A DNA stretch of 64,000 bases, from IMG/VR virus record IMGVR_UViG_3300030320_000049. One strand, written 5' to 3'. Below are positions 42,551 to 52,204 of the stretch, piece by piece. Origin of the DNA: a virus. Every line of letters starts with the position of its first letter. Positions within the stretch are counted from its first letter, which is position 1. Below the pieces are notes generated by a model. That model saw only the letters and a program-made list of their open reading frames with translations, was not told where the DNA came from and made no database searches. Position numbers and translations under genes: made by a program.

Positions 42551-43461
42551 TTGTCCACCTCGCTTACCCTGTTTTGGATTTTCTCCATGTAGCTTTGAGG
42601 CTTGTTGCCGGATTTATCAAGATAGTTCCCTTCAAATACCTTTGCAAAGTTACCGGGCTTTAAGAACCAATCGAAAGTTATCATCCAGCCTTCTTTGTTC
42701 TGCCCTTGTAAGAAGCTGCTATGGCGAATGTTTTCAATGGCTTCTAATATATCGCCCATATGGTTCTGACGGATTCTGGCTTTCACTGCTTGTTCTCGTT
42801 TTGATGTCATTCTTTTTACAGGGTTAATACCAAATTCTTCCAGAGTATTCCATTCATCAATGATTCGTTGGACGTCAGTCTGACGAATAGTATCTTTAGA
42901 TACTATTAAATCATTCTCTTCTTCTATTTCTTTTTCTTTATTATCTAATTCTTTATTATCTAGTTCTTTATTATATACTTCTGCCGAGCTAACGTTAGTT
43001 TTACTGTTAACTTTACCGTAAAGTTTACTGTTAGTTTTACACTCTATTTTGTCTTTCTGCTTTTTTCGATATTCTTGCATATAGTTTCGCATATATTGGC
43101 TTTTTTGCTCAATTTTATCAAGATTTTGATATTTTCCCCAGTTCGGAATTGTGTAAACTCCGGAAACAATTTCGATCATTCCGTAGTTCTCAAATGTTTT
43201 TAACGCTAATCGAACCGTGTTAATATCTCTCCTGAATACTGTCGCTAACATTTCATCAGTATATGCAATCTTATCGTTTAGGATAAAAACACCGCTGTTG
43301 TTATTTTTTCCGGCTAAGCACAACAATTTAAACCAGATTACGATAATGCTATCCGCACTTGGCAAATTTTCAATTAGCATTATTTTTTCATCATCAAAAA
43401 TGTCTGAACATATTTTTATCCATTTTACATCGCTTGCCAATTTTGAAATTCCTTTCTCCAA
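42541..43461 (-). CDS. Phage replisome organiser (N-terminal domain) / DnaD-like
   Basis: VKWIKICSDIFDDEKIMLIENLPSADSIIVIWFKLLCLAGKNNNSGVFILNDKIAYTDEMLATVFRR. Confidence 0.7.
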   Translation of the reverse strand: MEKGISKLASDVKWIKICSDIFDDEKIMLIENLPSADSIIVIWFKLLCLAGKNNNSGVFILNDKIAYTDEMLATVFRRDINTVRLALKTFENYGMIEIVSGVYTIPNWGKYQNLDKIEQKSQYMRNYMQEYRKKQKDKIECKTNSKLYGKVNSKTNVSSAEVYNKELDNKELDNKEKEIEEENDLIVSKDTIRQTDVQRIIDEWNTLEEFGINPVKRMTSKREQAVKARIRQNHMGDILEAIENIRHSSFLQGQNKEGWMITFDWFLKPGNFAKVFEGNYLDKSGNKPQSYMEKIQNRVSEVDNWV

Positions 43462-43483
43462 TTCCTGGCTTTTTCAAAAGTGT

Positions 43484-44605
43484 TTATTTTAATTCAACTT
43501 CAATTCCATTGATTTTCAGTTCTCCATTTACTGGAATTACAAGGGATGGATCGCCGTTTATTTCTTTCAGTTCAATCAGAGCAATTTTATCTGGCTGAAT
43601 GCAGATTGTTGCATCTGGTGTTACAATTTTTGCAGTTTTTGAATTATGGATATTATCAAGGGCAACAGGCTCATTGTTGAAATACATTCCCCAGTTTTCT
43701 TTAAAATCTGATAACTTCTCGCATGGAATTCCGCAATATCCAAAAATATGTTCCATTTCATCACATGATACAGTTATCATCTCTGGGCTGTCTTTCTTCT
43801 GTTCTCTTACTTCCCGTAACGATTCAACCAGGCTTTCAGTGAAATAAAATGTTGTGCATCCTTTGAAATTATCCATGATAAAATCTAAAAAGACATTGAT
43901 CTCATTTCCCGGTATACGCGGAATTGGTGTGCCAAGAACATTTTCGATAAAGTCCATATGAATATTCTTTATGTTTTTGTTGAAATACAAAGTTCCATGA
44001 ATATCAGTGCTTCTGTCATTGAATACAGGGAATAAGAATCCTGTTTCTGGTCTTGAGACTACCCAATCACGAATACGGTCTTTGATGTTATTTTCATCCA
44101 CATCATAGCTAAGACCTGCCTTTGAAAGATTCACCGGGCAAATGCTGCACAGAATGTGTTCATAAATTTCTTCTGATGCATCGTGCATTTCGGTTCTATC
44201 AGAAGCTTTTCCGGGAATGTCATATACTGCATGAATGAGAACTATGTAGTAATTTTCGTTATAATCGTAATTTTCAATCACTTTGTCGTAGAACTCGTCC
44301 AAAAGCTCATCATCTTTAAGTTTACTTGCTCTGATCCGCATAAGAAATTCCTGTGTTCCACCCTCTTTTTCCTGTTCTAATGGAAAATCAAAGTTCATAA
44401 GGTTCTTTCCAAGTCTGCCAGACATGGTTTTCTTGAAAATGTCAAAATACTTAAACATTTCTTCCTCTGGAAGAGACAGAAACGCTTCTTTAATTTTGGT
44501 TCTCTTATTCTTTTCTGCATCCACATAACAGCCACAAATACGTGTAATGGAACAATTTGCTGGTGTAAACTGTTTCTTGATCTCTGCGATTTCTTTCTTA
44601 TTCAT
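43484..44605 (-). CDS. DUF4317-family protein
   Basis: MNKKEIAEIKKQFTPANCSITRICGCYVDAEKNK start typical of DUF4317. Confidence 0.55.
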   Translation of the reverse strand: MNKKEIAEIKKQFTPANCSITRICGCYVDAEKNKRTKIKEAFLSLPEEEMFKYFDIFKKTMSGRLGKNLMNFDFPLEQEKEGGTQEFLMRIRASKLKDDELLDEFYDKVIENYDYNENYYIVLIHAVYDIPGKASDRTEMHDASEEIYEHILCSICPVNLSKAGLSYDVDENNIKDRIRDWVVSRPETGFLFPVFNDRSTDIHGTLYFNKNIKNIHMDFIENVLGTPIPRIPGNEINVFLDFIMDNFKGCTTFYFTESLVESLREVREQKKDSPEMITVSCDEMEHIFGYCGIPCEKLSDFKENWGMYFNNEPVALDNIHNSKTAKIVTPDATICIQPDKIALIELKEINGDPSLVIPVNGELKINGIEVELK

Positions 44606-44607
44606 GA

Positions 44608-44781
44608 TTAATCCTCCGCTCCAAATATTTTTCTTAAATTGTTCTGGTAATTCTTCACTGTTTGTTCGATAGTGTTATAAGTTTGTCTTAATCTGCATCT
44701 TTCTTTGTAACCATCGCATATTGTTCCAAAAAGAATGGCATTCCGACATATCCCATCTTGACTAGCGCAACATTTATTCAT
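44608..44781 (-). CDS. Cys-rich small protein (57 aa, below track cutoff)
   Basis: Own translation MNKCCASQDGICRNAILFGTICDGYKERCRLRQ... Confidence 0.35.
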   Translation of the reverse strand: MNKCCASQDGICRNAILFGTICDGYKERCRLRQTYNTIEQTVKNYQNNLRKIFGAED

Positions 44782-45323
44782 TTCTTCATCTCCTCCAACT
44801 TCTTCTCAGCTTCTTCACGGGTGGAAAATACTGTTTTACCTACTTCTCCTACAAATCTTACTATCTTAAACCCGTCTACGTATTTAAATTCAATACCAGT
44901 AATTTCAAAATCTTGTACTCCAAAAGAATGCACTTTTAATTTCTTGACTTCTCCATTAACAATGCAATATAAGTCATCTCCAATCTTACACGGCAATTTC
45001 ACAAGCAAGCCCTGTTCTTTTAAGTCTTTGTATTCCTTCAATTCTTTCTGCATTATCGCTAATTTAGTAAGCTCTAATCCAGTAAATGTACCGTTTTCTT
45101 TGAGTTCCTTTAATTCCTTTAAAGTGCCAATATCTTTATAAGACTTTAATTCTTCAAGCCACTCTGCGATTTGTTCATACTCCTTTACATATTGATTGCA
45201 TATATCTGCATGTAACTCATTTGCATCTTATGAACCCATATCTGCATTCTCGATACTCCATTTATAACGATTTGCAACTATCTTTGACTGTTTAATACCA
45301 TCATCAATTAGAAATCTCTCCAT
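44778..45323 (-). pseudogene. 181-codon reading frame interrupted by one in-frame TAA (45230..45228)
   Basis: Own translation: MERFLIDDGIKQSKIVANRYKWSIENADMGS * DANELHADICNQYVKEYEQIAEWLEELKSYKDIGTLKELKELKENGTFTGLELTKLAI MQKELKEY... No start codon occurs in the 59 codons after the stop. Confidence 0.5.
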
Positions 45324-45713
45324 CTACTTCACCTCTTTTGCTCCTTGATATATGGTTGCCATATCAAAATTACTTCTAATAAATCTTAGTGTCAGTTTAT
45401 GATTTACAAAATTTCCAAGTTGATCGTAAATCCAGTACATTTCCTCTTTCCCAAAGTTTGTACCAAGATATTTGTTAAGACTTGATATTAGTTGATCTCT
45501 CCATTCATTGTTCCTTTTAGGTGAACTGTATGGTTCTCCTTTTGCCATTGATCTTGAACAGTGTTCAAGCAGCTTGCAGATAATATCTTCTTTATCGGTA
45601 CAATTCTTTGCTGTGAAATATACATTTCCTTTTTCAGAAAGAATTATTTCCCCAAATCTGTTTATGTAGCTCCCGGGGAAGCATTCCATAAGACCGAAAA
45701 TTTCATCAGTCAT
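45324..45713 (-). CDS. hypothetical (129 aa)
   Basis: ORF track. Confidence 0.45.
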   Translation of the reverse strand: MTDEIFGLMECFPGSYINRFGEIILSEKGNVYFTAKNCTDKEDIICKLLEHCSRSMAKGEPYSSPKRNNEWRDQLISSLNKYLGTNFGKEEMYWIYDQLGNFVNHKLTLRFIRSNFDMATIYQGAKEVK

Positions 45714-46121
45714 CTACTTCACCTCTTCCATCTGACTTTCTACGGTATCTGCAAGTAACAACATTGATTCAATAACTTTATCTGTTAATGACATTCTATA
45801 TTTATTGTCAGCAAAATACTTAACGTGAGCTATTGCTTCCTTAATTTTTTCTTCGCACGCAACAATTTCGGATGCTTCATACAAGGGTTTATCATCACTG
45901 TAATAAGTTACATTTTTGTCATCGTAAAATTTTAACATATTCGGAATCGGAATATTCAGTGCATTTAAATGATTTTCTCCTATCCACTTAAATCCCTGTA
46001 ATTTTGCCACTTTCAAAACGCTTAAATACTCTTCCTGTGTCTTTACAAACACGCTTTTTCCTGTTAAATTAATCATCAGAATTTCCTCCTGTAATCGCAT
46101 CAATGCAATCGTTCCAACCAA
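45714..46121 (-). CDS. hypothetical (135 aa)
   Basis: ORF track. Confidence 0.45.
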   Translation of the reverse strand: MVGTIALMRLQEEILMINLTGKSVFVKTQEEYLSVLKVAKLQGFKWIGENHLNALNIPIPNMLKFYDDKNVTYYSDDKPLYEASEIVACEEKIKEAIAHVKYFADNKYRMSLTDKVIESMLLLADTVESQMEEVK

Positions 46122-46347
46122 TCTTGTAACTAGGCATCTTACAATTGCTTTGAAAATACTCTCTTCCGTACACTCCTGTTAATTTCATTTTCTCCGGCAC
46201 TGGCTTCAATGGACACCAATCTGGTCTAATGCTCAAATCTGTAATATCTCTTCTATTCGCTCTACAGAATGGGTGAAGTATTCCGCTGCGTAAAGCACAT
46301 GAAGCACAATATTTTGGTGTGTCCATCACTAATACTGATTTACTCAT
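46069..46347 (-). CDS. Cys-rich hypothetical (92 aa)
   Basis: ORF track. Confidence 0.4.
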   Translation of the reverse strand: MSKSVLVMDTPKYCASCALRSGILHPFCRANRRDITDLSIRPDWCPLKPVPEKMKLTGVYGREYFQSNCKMPSYKIGWNDCIDAITGGNSDD

Positions 46348-46498
46348 TTTCTTCTACCTCTTTTCTGCAAGAATGCTCCATATTGCGAAAGACTAATGAT
46401 AGTATCTTTTTCTCTTGTAGCCAGTCCATACCCAAGTCTTCCATTTTTTTATTTTCCTCTTTCGTAAACATGGTTGAAATGTCCTTGCCTTTACTCAT
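46340..46498 (-). CDS. hypothetical (52 aa from MSKGKDIS)
   Basis: Internal start of track ORF 46340..46663. The upstream part overlaps the YopX gene. Confidence 0.3.
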   Translation of the reverse strand: MSKGKDISTMFTKEENKKMEDLGMDWLQEKKILSLVFRNMEHSCRKEVEENE

Positions 46499-46919
46499 CT
46501 GATTCCTCCTGTAATAATTCTGGGTTGTCAAACACGTTTCCGGCAGTTTCAATCTTTCTGTGCCAATATCCAAGTTCTTTTCTGTAAAATGTCTCTTCTG
46601 GAAAATCAACATAAAATCCAAAATTATAGCTTCCGTAATCAAAACTCGAACAATACATTCCAAATTTTACCGGGGCATATTCTCCGTTATGATTAACAAT
46701 ATCGTTCTCCCAAATTTTCTTCCCGTTCTTGTCGGTCAGACCTGTGAACTGACAGAGGGTTTCTATATCAATTATATTGGTATATACTGTAAACAGATCT
46801 GAATCCTTCCGATAAAAAATAATGTCCTTCCCCCCTATGTGATATTGATCTCTTAGGTAATATCCCTCAACCCATTTTCCATCATAAACGCTCTTTGCCT
46901 TGAAAAGAATTTCTCTCAT
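46491..46919 (-). CDS. YopX-family protein
   Basis: MREILFKAKSVYDGKWVEGYYL...FTGLTDKNGKKIWENDIV. Confidence 0.7.
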   Translation of the reverse strand: MREILFKAKSVYDGKWVEGYYLRDQYHIGGKDIIFYRKDSDLFTVYTNIIDIETLCQFTGLTDKNGKKIWENDIVNHNGEYAPVKFGMYCSSFDYGSYNFGFYVDFPEETFYRKELGYWHRKIETAGNVFDNPELLQEESDE

Positions 46920-46920
46920 A

Positions 46921-47535
46921 TCACACCTCCTTCGGTTTTTCGCACCGCTCAAACTCGATCACCCAGACCCACGGGTTCGCATTCCAGCCGTAGCGATCAA
47001 GGTCTGATTTCTTAATGGTGGAATCCCAAATTTTAGCGAATCTTTCTATCGCTGTACGCCACATTTTTTCTTCCCAACCAACGTTTTTTCCATTCTTCCA
47101 ATTTGCTCCCTCTGCTTTTGCGCCATCTTCTGTGATATTCTGTAACCGCTCCACGCTCACATTCGTAACCTTCAGCCAGATACGAGCAGCTTTTTTCGGC
47201 ATGTGGATTGATGGTTTCCAAGGCTCGCCCGCATCTTCTGAATTTTCCACGCTTGCCTTGTAGCCGTAAAACTCTGCCAAGTGACAGTTTTGTCCTTCTC
47301 CTACACGCTTTATGTATTTATGCCATGTTTCTCTCACATAAATGATATCGCCCGGCTGATATGGTGGTGTAATTTTTCCTTGATTTCCGTCTGTATCATA
47401 TATATACAGCGGTTCTTCGCTTACTTCAAAATATCCTTCCGGTTGCGGTTTTACAATTCTTCTGGTGCAGCTTTTTCTTCCGTCCAGAATCGCTCGAACC
47501 ATTTCAGTATTGAATAAAATCCCTTTAACGGCCAT
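46921..47535 (-). CDS. ASCH/PUA-like phage protein
   Basis: LFNTEMVRAILDGRKSCTRRIVKPQP N-terminus common to ASCH-like phage proteins. Confidence 0.4.
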   Translation of the reverse strand: MAVKGILFNTEMVRAILDGRKSCTRRIVKPQPEGYFEVSEEPLYIYDTDGNQGKITPPYQPGDIIYVRETWHKYIKRVGEGQNCHLAEFYGYKASVENSEDAGEPWKPSIHMPKKAARIWLKVTNVSVERLQNITEDGAKAEGANWKNGKNVGWEEKMWRTAIERFAKIWDSTIKKSDLDRYGWNANPWVWVIEFERCEKPKEV

Positions 47536-47770
47536 CTACACCACCACCTTTCACGATTTCTATCGCCCTGCTCAGTCCAGCATTGTATCCTTGATGCACA
47601 TCGGATAAGATACATTCTGATTCAATGAATTTGTCTCTTTTCAATTCGCCAATAACCTTATTCACATCAAAAGCTGTCGACTGTTCGTCAATCTTTTCAA
47701 GAATCTCTAAATCATCAGAATATGCACAATGTATCGCATACTTCAATTTATCTGCATCAATCAACCTCAT
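47525..47770 (-). CDS. hypothetical (81 aa from MRLIDADK)
   Basis: Internal start of the track ORF. Confidence 0.35.
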   Translation of the reverse strand: MRLIDADKLKYAIHCAYSDDLEILEKIDEQSTAFDVNKVIGELKRDKFIESECILSDVHQGYNAGLSRAIEIVKGGGVDGR

Positions 47771-47900
47771 AATCTTCACACTCCTCCGCATATTCATAAC
47801 TGTCCATCGCACCGCATCTGCACTGGCACGAATCCTGCTTAGTGCAGCAGATGCAGCACTCTGTTTCACCGTCCGGGCAGTCTAATTTACATCTTCCCAT
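47757..47900 (-). CDS. Cys-rich small protein (47 aa)
   Basis: MGRCKLDCPDGETECCICCTKQDSCQCRCG. Confidence 0.35.
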   Translation of the reverse strand: MGRCKLDCPDGETECCICCTKQDSCQCRCGAMDSYEYAEECEDYEVD

Positions 47901-48075
47901 TAATCCAGTCGCCCTCTTTCTCAAAATAAATATATCTGCTATTCTTCTTGACCGGCTCTGAAGTATCAATACAATATTTTACCTCAAGCAAAGCCTGCCA
48001 AGATTTGAACTCTTTTAGTGTGACCTTGAATATAGTGTAGGTCTTCCCGTCCTTTTTGAAAATTGACATTTCCAT
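47887..48075 (-). CDS. hypothetical (62 aa)
   Basis: ORF track. Confidence 0.4.
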   Translation of the reverse strand: MEMSIFKKDGKTYTIFKVTLKEFKSWQALLEVKYCIDTSEPVKKNSRYIYFEKEGDWINGKM

Positions 48076-48077
48076 GT

Positions 48078-48479
48078 TCAGCCCTCCTTATATGGTTCTG
48101 GATAGTCCATCCATGCAACTACTGTTCCGCCTAAAACTTTTTTATCCGTTCTCCAAATTCCATCAGTAGTATGTGCCTGCTCTACCAATACTGTTCCATC
48201 GTCAAATACAACTGTAGCAATCACATATTTAGATGTTTTTTCGAACATTCCTCTTTTCCAGTTATTCGTTCCTTTGAATTTTGCAAATATGGAATCGTGT
48301 TCTTCCGGTAATCTCTCACTAACCGGAATCCAACCGTTTTCTTTCTCGTCTTGCTCCAGATCGCCCTGAAACTCTTCGATTATTTTCAGAACATTACTCG
48401 CAGCAATCATTTGTCGAGAGTCAGCAAGTTTCTTCATGAAATCATGATAATTAATTAGACTTTCTTTGATATAACTCAT
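48078..48479 (-). CDS. DUF551-like protein
   Basis: GWIPVSERLPEEHD motif. Confidence 0.5.
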   Translation of the reverse strand: MSYIKESLINYHDFMKKLADSRQMIAASNVLKIIEEFQGDLEQDEKENGWIPVSERLPEEHDSIFAKFKGTNNWKRGMFEKTSKYVIATVVFDDGTVLVEQAHTTDGIWRTDKKVLGGTVVAWMDYPEPYKEG

Positions 48480-48775
48480 TCTTCCACCTCCTCATAAGTT
48501 TCATTGAATATATCTGGCTTACACGGATAAAATTCACCGTGTACACCACGGATGATATAATCACCAATATTTGCCAGATGTTCACCCTCTAGCGTCTTGA
48601 TTACTAATCCGCCCGGAACCTTCCGATGGTCAATATAGAAATTCTTACCTTCTGCCGGAATGTACTGGTCCGTACACTGATAGTCCGTCAGAAAATCGAA
48701 CATTTCTCGATGATTTGTACCAGTCCACTGTACCGCGTCAATTACAACTGGTTTTTTTCTATACCTCATACTCAC
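48476..48775 (-). CDS. conserved phage protein (99 aa)
   Basis: RKKPVVIDAVQWTG...GDYIIRGVHGEFYPCKPDIFNETYE pattern common in phages. Confidence 0.5.
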   Translation of the reverse strand: MSMRYRKKPVVIDAVQWTGTNHREMFDFLTDYQCTDQYIPAEGKNFYIDHRKVPGGLVIKTLEGEHLANIGDYIIRGVHGEFYPCKPDIFNETYEEVEE

Positions 48776-49401
48776 ACCTCACTATCTTCTGGCTCTTCAT
48801 TAAACATTTTATATATACGGCCAGAATGAAATGCCTTTCTTAATTTTTCATAATTAATTTCAGTAAGATCTGAAATTTGAGAAATTGTCATTGGCTTTCC
48901 TTTGAATTCTACAATCAAATTATTTCTTTTATTATTTCCTTGTATTTTTGCATCCACCCATCTACAGTTGTCAGGCGAATATCCATTATTATTATCAATG
49001 CGGTCAATCGTTAAATTGTCTTGATACCCATTCTCTATTGCCCATTTATAAAACATCATAAAATCATGCCATTCTTCACAAACAGATATTCCACGACCGC
49101 CATAATCAATATATTGTGGGTGATCTTTGTGCTCGCATCTATATTTCATATTGCGCCAGATGTTATATATCCTTGTATGCCTTAATCCGTGTCTTGTAGC
49201 TTTTTGCCTTGCAATATCAACGCTTAAACAACCGCACGATTTTGTTCTTCCTATTTTGAGCGCGTATGCTTCTACGGTTTTTATGTTTCCGCAATCACAT
49301 TGGCATATCCAATATGTTCTATTGGTATCGTCCGTTTTTTTTCGCTTTATTACTGTTAATCTCCCGAAACGTCTTTCTGTTAAGTCTACAAACTTACTCA
49401 T
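48772..49401 (-). CDS. HNH/homing-endonuclease-like DNA-binding protein
   Basis: FGRLTVIKR...WICQCDCGN...SCGC and LTIDRIDNNNGYSPDNCRWV. Confidence 0.55.
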   Translation of the reverse strand: MSKFVDLTERRFGRLTVIKRKKTDDTNRTYWICQCDCGNIKTVEAYALKIGRTKSCGCLSVDIARQKATRHGLRHTRIYNIWRNMKYRCEHKDHPQYIDYGGRGISVCEEWHDFMMFYKWAIENGYQDNLTIDRIDNNNGYSPDNCRWVDAKIQGNNKRNNLIVEFKGKPMTISQISDLTEINYEKLRKAFHSGRIYKMFNEEPEDSEV

Positions 49402-49431
49402 ATTCCATTTTCCCTTTATCCTGACTTCTGA

Positions 49432-49809
49432 TTAACATTTTGCGTCCTCCTGTTTCTTGAAATCCATCTTCAAATCATAAACGAACTGGCAAAGTTCCTC
49501 TGCAATCTCGTCTGCGTTCTCTACATTTGAAAGCTGTCTAACATACTGCTTACCACAGATAACACAAGTCAACTTTCTGATTGTTTCCCAGACCTGCCAC
49601 GAAATAATGGTGGAACCAAAAGCATCCGTCATTAGAGAATCTCTTCCGTTTCCGTTGTCGTCTATGAACCACTTTTCTCTCGGCGCTTTTAATTTGGTTG
49701 CAACATCTTCTCTGGTAAGGCAACCTTTGTATTTTTCGTCAATGCGCTTTTCCAGCTCGTCCAGAAGTTCCTTCTTTTCCTGCTCTGTCATTGTGTCCTC
49801 ACTTTCCAT
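49432..49809 (-). CDS. hypothetical (125 aa)
   Basis: ORF track. Confidence 0.45.
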   Translation of the reverse strand: MESEDTMTEQEKKELLDELEKRIDEKYKGCLTREDVATKLKAPREKWFIDDNGNGRDSLMTDAFGSTIISWQVWETIRKLTCVICGKQYVRQLSNVENADEIAEELCQFVYDLKMDFKKQEDAKC

Positions 49810-50188
49810 ATCTTCTCAAAATTTCTGCAACTGCATTAATATGCTCTGACAGTGTATCTAAATCTTCATCTTTAATTGCTCTCAGCCCACGTCTCGACTT
49901 AAAATCTTCGATAGCATATACGCCATCTTTGATTGCTTTAAACTGCTTCGCCATTTCACTTTCTTTTATGGCATCAGAATCGTATTTATAAAACACTTCA
50001 TATTTACCGTGCTCTCCAAACTTGTCAGTTTCAATTTTAGTTCGCTTAGGAGTTATACGAACGATCTTTGCGGGATACACCATGACATGCCTAAACCCTA
50101 TTCCGAATCCACTCCACACTTCTCTTGCAATTCCAACCACGTCTCCGACTTTTAAATCATCTTTACTTATCGGATTTAATTTTCCCAT
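49799..50188 (-). CDS. hypothetical (about 129 aa)
   Basis: Start taken at MGKLNPIS after GTGAGGA. Confidence 0.4.
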   Translation of the reverse strand: MGKLNPISKDDLKVGDVVGIAREVWSGFGIGFRHVMVYPAKIVRITPKRTKIETDKFGEHGKYEVFYKYDSDAIKESEMAKQFKAIKDGVYAIEDFKSRRGLRAIKDEDLDTLSEHINAVAEILRRYGK

Positions 50189-50304
50189 TTCCATCCTCAC
50201 TTTTCCAATGTAAGCAACTGGCACGCTATCGTGCAGTCCTCCATGATTTCTGTGTTAATATTTCCTCTATCTGGTTCTAATTCATCAAGGAATAAACCAT
50301 TTAT

Positions 50305-50691
50305 TTACGCTCCAAATCTTCTGACCAATTCTTTAGTTTCTTCTGGAAATCTAATTTTCGTCTTCTCTTCGATTTCCTCCATCATGCTCATAAAGCTTCT
50401 CTCTCCGTTATTTGCCATCCTCACATACTCGTTAGCAAGATGAACTACATCCAGAAGCCTGTCTGTTGAAAACTTATGTTTCTTGTTCAAAGCCATCATA
50501 ATTGTTACAGTATTGACTACGGTCGCCCAATTATCGCCAGTATCAAAGCCGTCGTTGTAGGCTTGATCTCGCATTTCCTGTAGTTCCTTGTACGATTGCT
50601 TCATCGCTCTTCCGAAAGCCTGTGACATTTGATTATCGCATTCCAACACCCTATTTTTCTTTGGTGCTTTCATCTTTAATTTGCTTCCCAT
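50305..50691 (-). CDS. hypothetical (128 aa; start uncertain)
   Basis: ORF track; overlaps the upstream ORF by 41 nt. Confidence 0.4.
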   Translation of the reverse strand: MGSKLKMKAPKKNRVLECDNQMSQAFGRAMKQSYKELQEMRDQAYNDGFDTGDNWATVVNTVTIMMALNKKHKFSTDRLLDVVHLANEYVRMANNGERSFMSMMEEIEEKTKIRFPEETKELVRRFGA

Positions 50692-50950
50692 ATTTTTTCC
50701 TTTCGTATCTGTATTCCGTCAAACGGTACGCTCTCGATATTCCCGGATGTTCTGTGGCAATCAGAGAATCCATCTCCAATTGCCGCATATGTCTCTGGAC
50801 GGTACACTTTGTGAGGTCTGTTCCATCCATGATTTCCTCGTACGAATGCATATATCCGTGTTTCTCAAAATACTCAACCAGAAATCTGTAAATATCATTT
50901 CTGGAGGATTGCCCCTCATTATATTTCCTCTGACGGTAATTCATAGGCAA
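50651..50950 (-). CDS. Winged-helix DNA-binding protein (99 aa)
   Basis: YEEIMDGTDLTKCTVQRHMRQLEMDSLI. Confidence 0.45.
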   Translation of the reverse strand: MPMNYRQRKYNEGQSSRNDIYRFLVEYFEKHGYMHSYEEIMDGTDLTKCTVQRHMRQLEMDSLIATEHPGISRAYRLTEYRYERKKYGKQIKDESTKEK

Positions 50951-51249
50951 AACGGATTTTCTTCCGCAGTATTGCTTTTTTCTGCACGCATTTTATTTAA
51001 TCTTTCCGCAGCTTTCTTTTTCGCTTCATCGGAATATTTCCTTGGTGGATTGATTTTAATGTAGGAATATGGCAAGTGAGCGAAAATAGATCCATCATTA
51101 TTTCTGGCAAGAATTTTCACATCGTCTGGAAATTCCTTTTCTAATTCCTCACATCTGTTCTTCCAGGAACTTCCGTTCTTAGCAGTAACCCCTACATAAT
51201 CTCTTCCGGGAATCCACTCAATTACACATTCGTTTGTATATTCTGACAT
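50941..51249 (-). CDS. hypothetical (102 aa)
   Basis: ORF track. Confidence 0.45.
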   Translation of the reverse strand: MSEYTNECVIEWIPGRDYVGVTAKNGSSWKNRCEELEKEFPDDVKILARNNDGSIFAHLPYSYIKINPPRKYSDEAKKKAAERLNKMRAEKSNTAEENPFCL

Positions 51250-51262
51250 TTAATCATGCTCC

Positions 51263-52102
51263 TTATATAAAATCTCCTATGATCATTTGGCTATCATTTT
51301 CAAAAACAAGCATTTCGTTTTTTGCTCTGCTATAAAAGTTCCTGTCAATTTCAAATCCGTATGCACTTCTGCCAAGTTCCATGGCGGCTCTCAATGTGCT
51401 GCCACTTCCACAGCAAGGGTCAATCACTACATCCCCAGGGTCAGTAAATATTTCAATCAGTCGTTTTAGAACTGATACTGGTTTCTGCGCTGGATGAATT
51501 TTCGGAATGCCCTTTCCGTCTTTTTCCCACTGGAACCAGTTAAAAACCATCTTTCCAGTTCCACGAATAGTCTTTCCGTTTTCGTCCGTTTGCGCTCCAT
51601 TTCTGAATTTTGGAAGTTTATCTCTGTAGAATATAAGTGCATATTCTGTAGCACCTACCACACGCATATTTGCTTTAAGCACCTGTGGGCTGTAGTTTTT
51701 AATAAACACAAGTGGTATATAGTGAACAAAGCCATGTTTCGCAGCTGCATTGATCAGAGTTTGAATTTGTTCAAATGAACAAAACACTATCATACATGGT
51801 GCGTCTGAACTTCTTCCTCTTGTTCCTGCCTTTTTCGGTTCTTTCTTCAACATTTTTGAACAAAAATGGAAGTATTCATACAGATTGAAATTGAAATCAG
51901 AGTTAAATGCTGCTTTCCCGGCTAATTTGCTTTCACCGTTCTTGTTATCTCCGCCCGTGTACCACATAGGATTACTTCCGTAGAAATTACATCCTACATT
52001 GTATGGAACATCAGCAATTACGAGTTGCGCTCTTGGAATTGCGTATTTTTTATAGTTCTGCATAGAATCACGATATATTTCACACTTTAATTTCATTTTC
52101 AA
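51263..52102 (-). CDS. DNA methyltransferase (beta-class N6-A or N4-C)
   Basis: Motif IV-like IADVPY near the N-terminus and motif I VIDPCCGSGST near the C-terminus. No cognate nuclease is adjacent. Confidence 0.8.
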   Translation of the reverse strand: MKMKLKCEIYRDSMQNYKKYAIPRAQLVIADVPYNVGCNFYGSNPMWYTGGDNKNGESKLAGKAAFNSDFNFNLYEYFHFCSKMLKKEPKKAGTRGRSSDAPCMIVFCSFEQIQTLINAAAKHGFVHYIPLVFIKNYSPQVLKANMRVVGATEYALIFYRDKLPKFRNGAQTDENGKTIRGTGKMVFNWFQWEKDGKGIPKIHPAQKPVSVLKRLIEIFTDPGDVVIDPCCGSGSTLRAAMELGRSAYGFEIDRNFYSRAKNEMLVFENDSQMIIGDFI

Positions 52103-52204
52103 AAGAAGCCCGGTGCACCCTTACGTCAGCTGAAGGCAAGCTCCTTTCATTTTTTTATTTTTTATCTTTGGAATTTAGCCAGTAGAACTACTGGTGTGTT
52201 AGAA

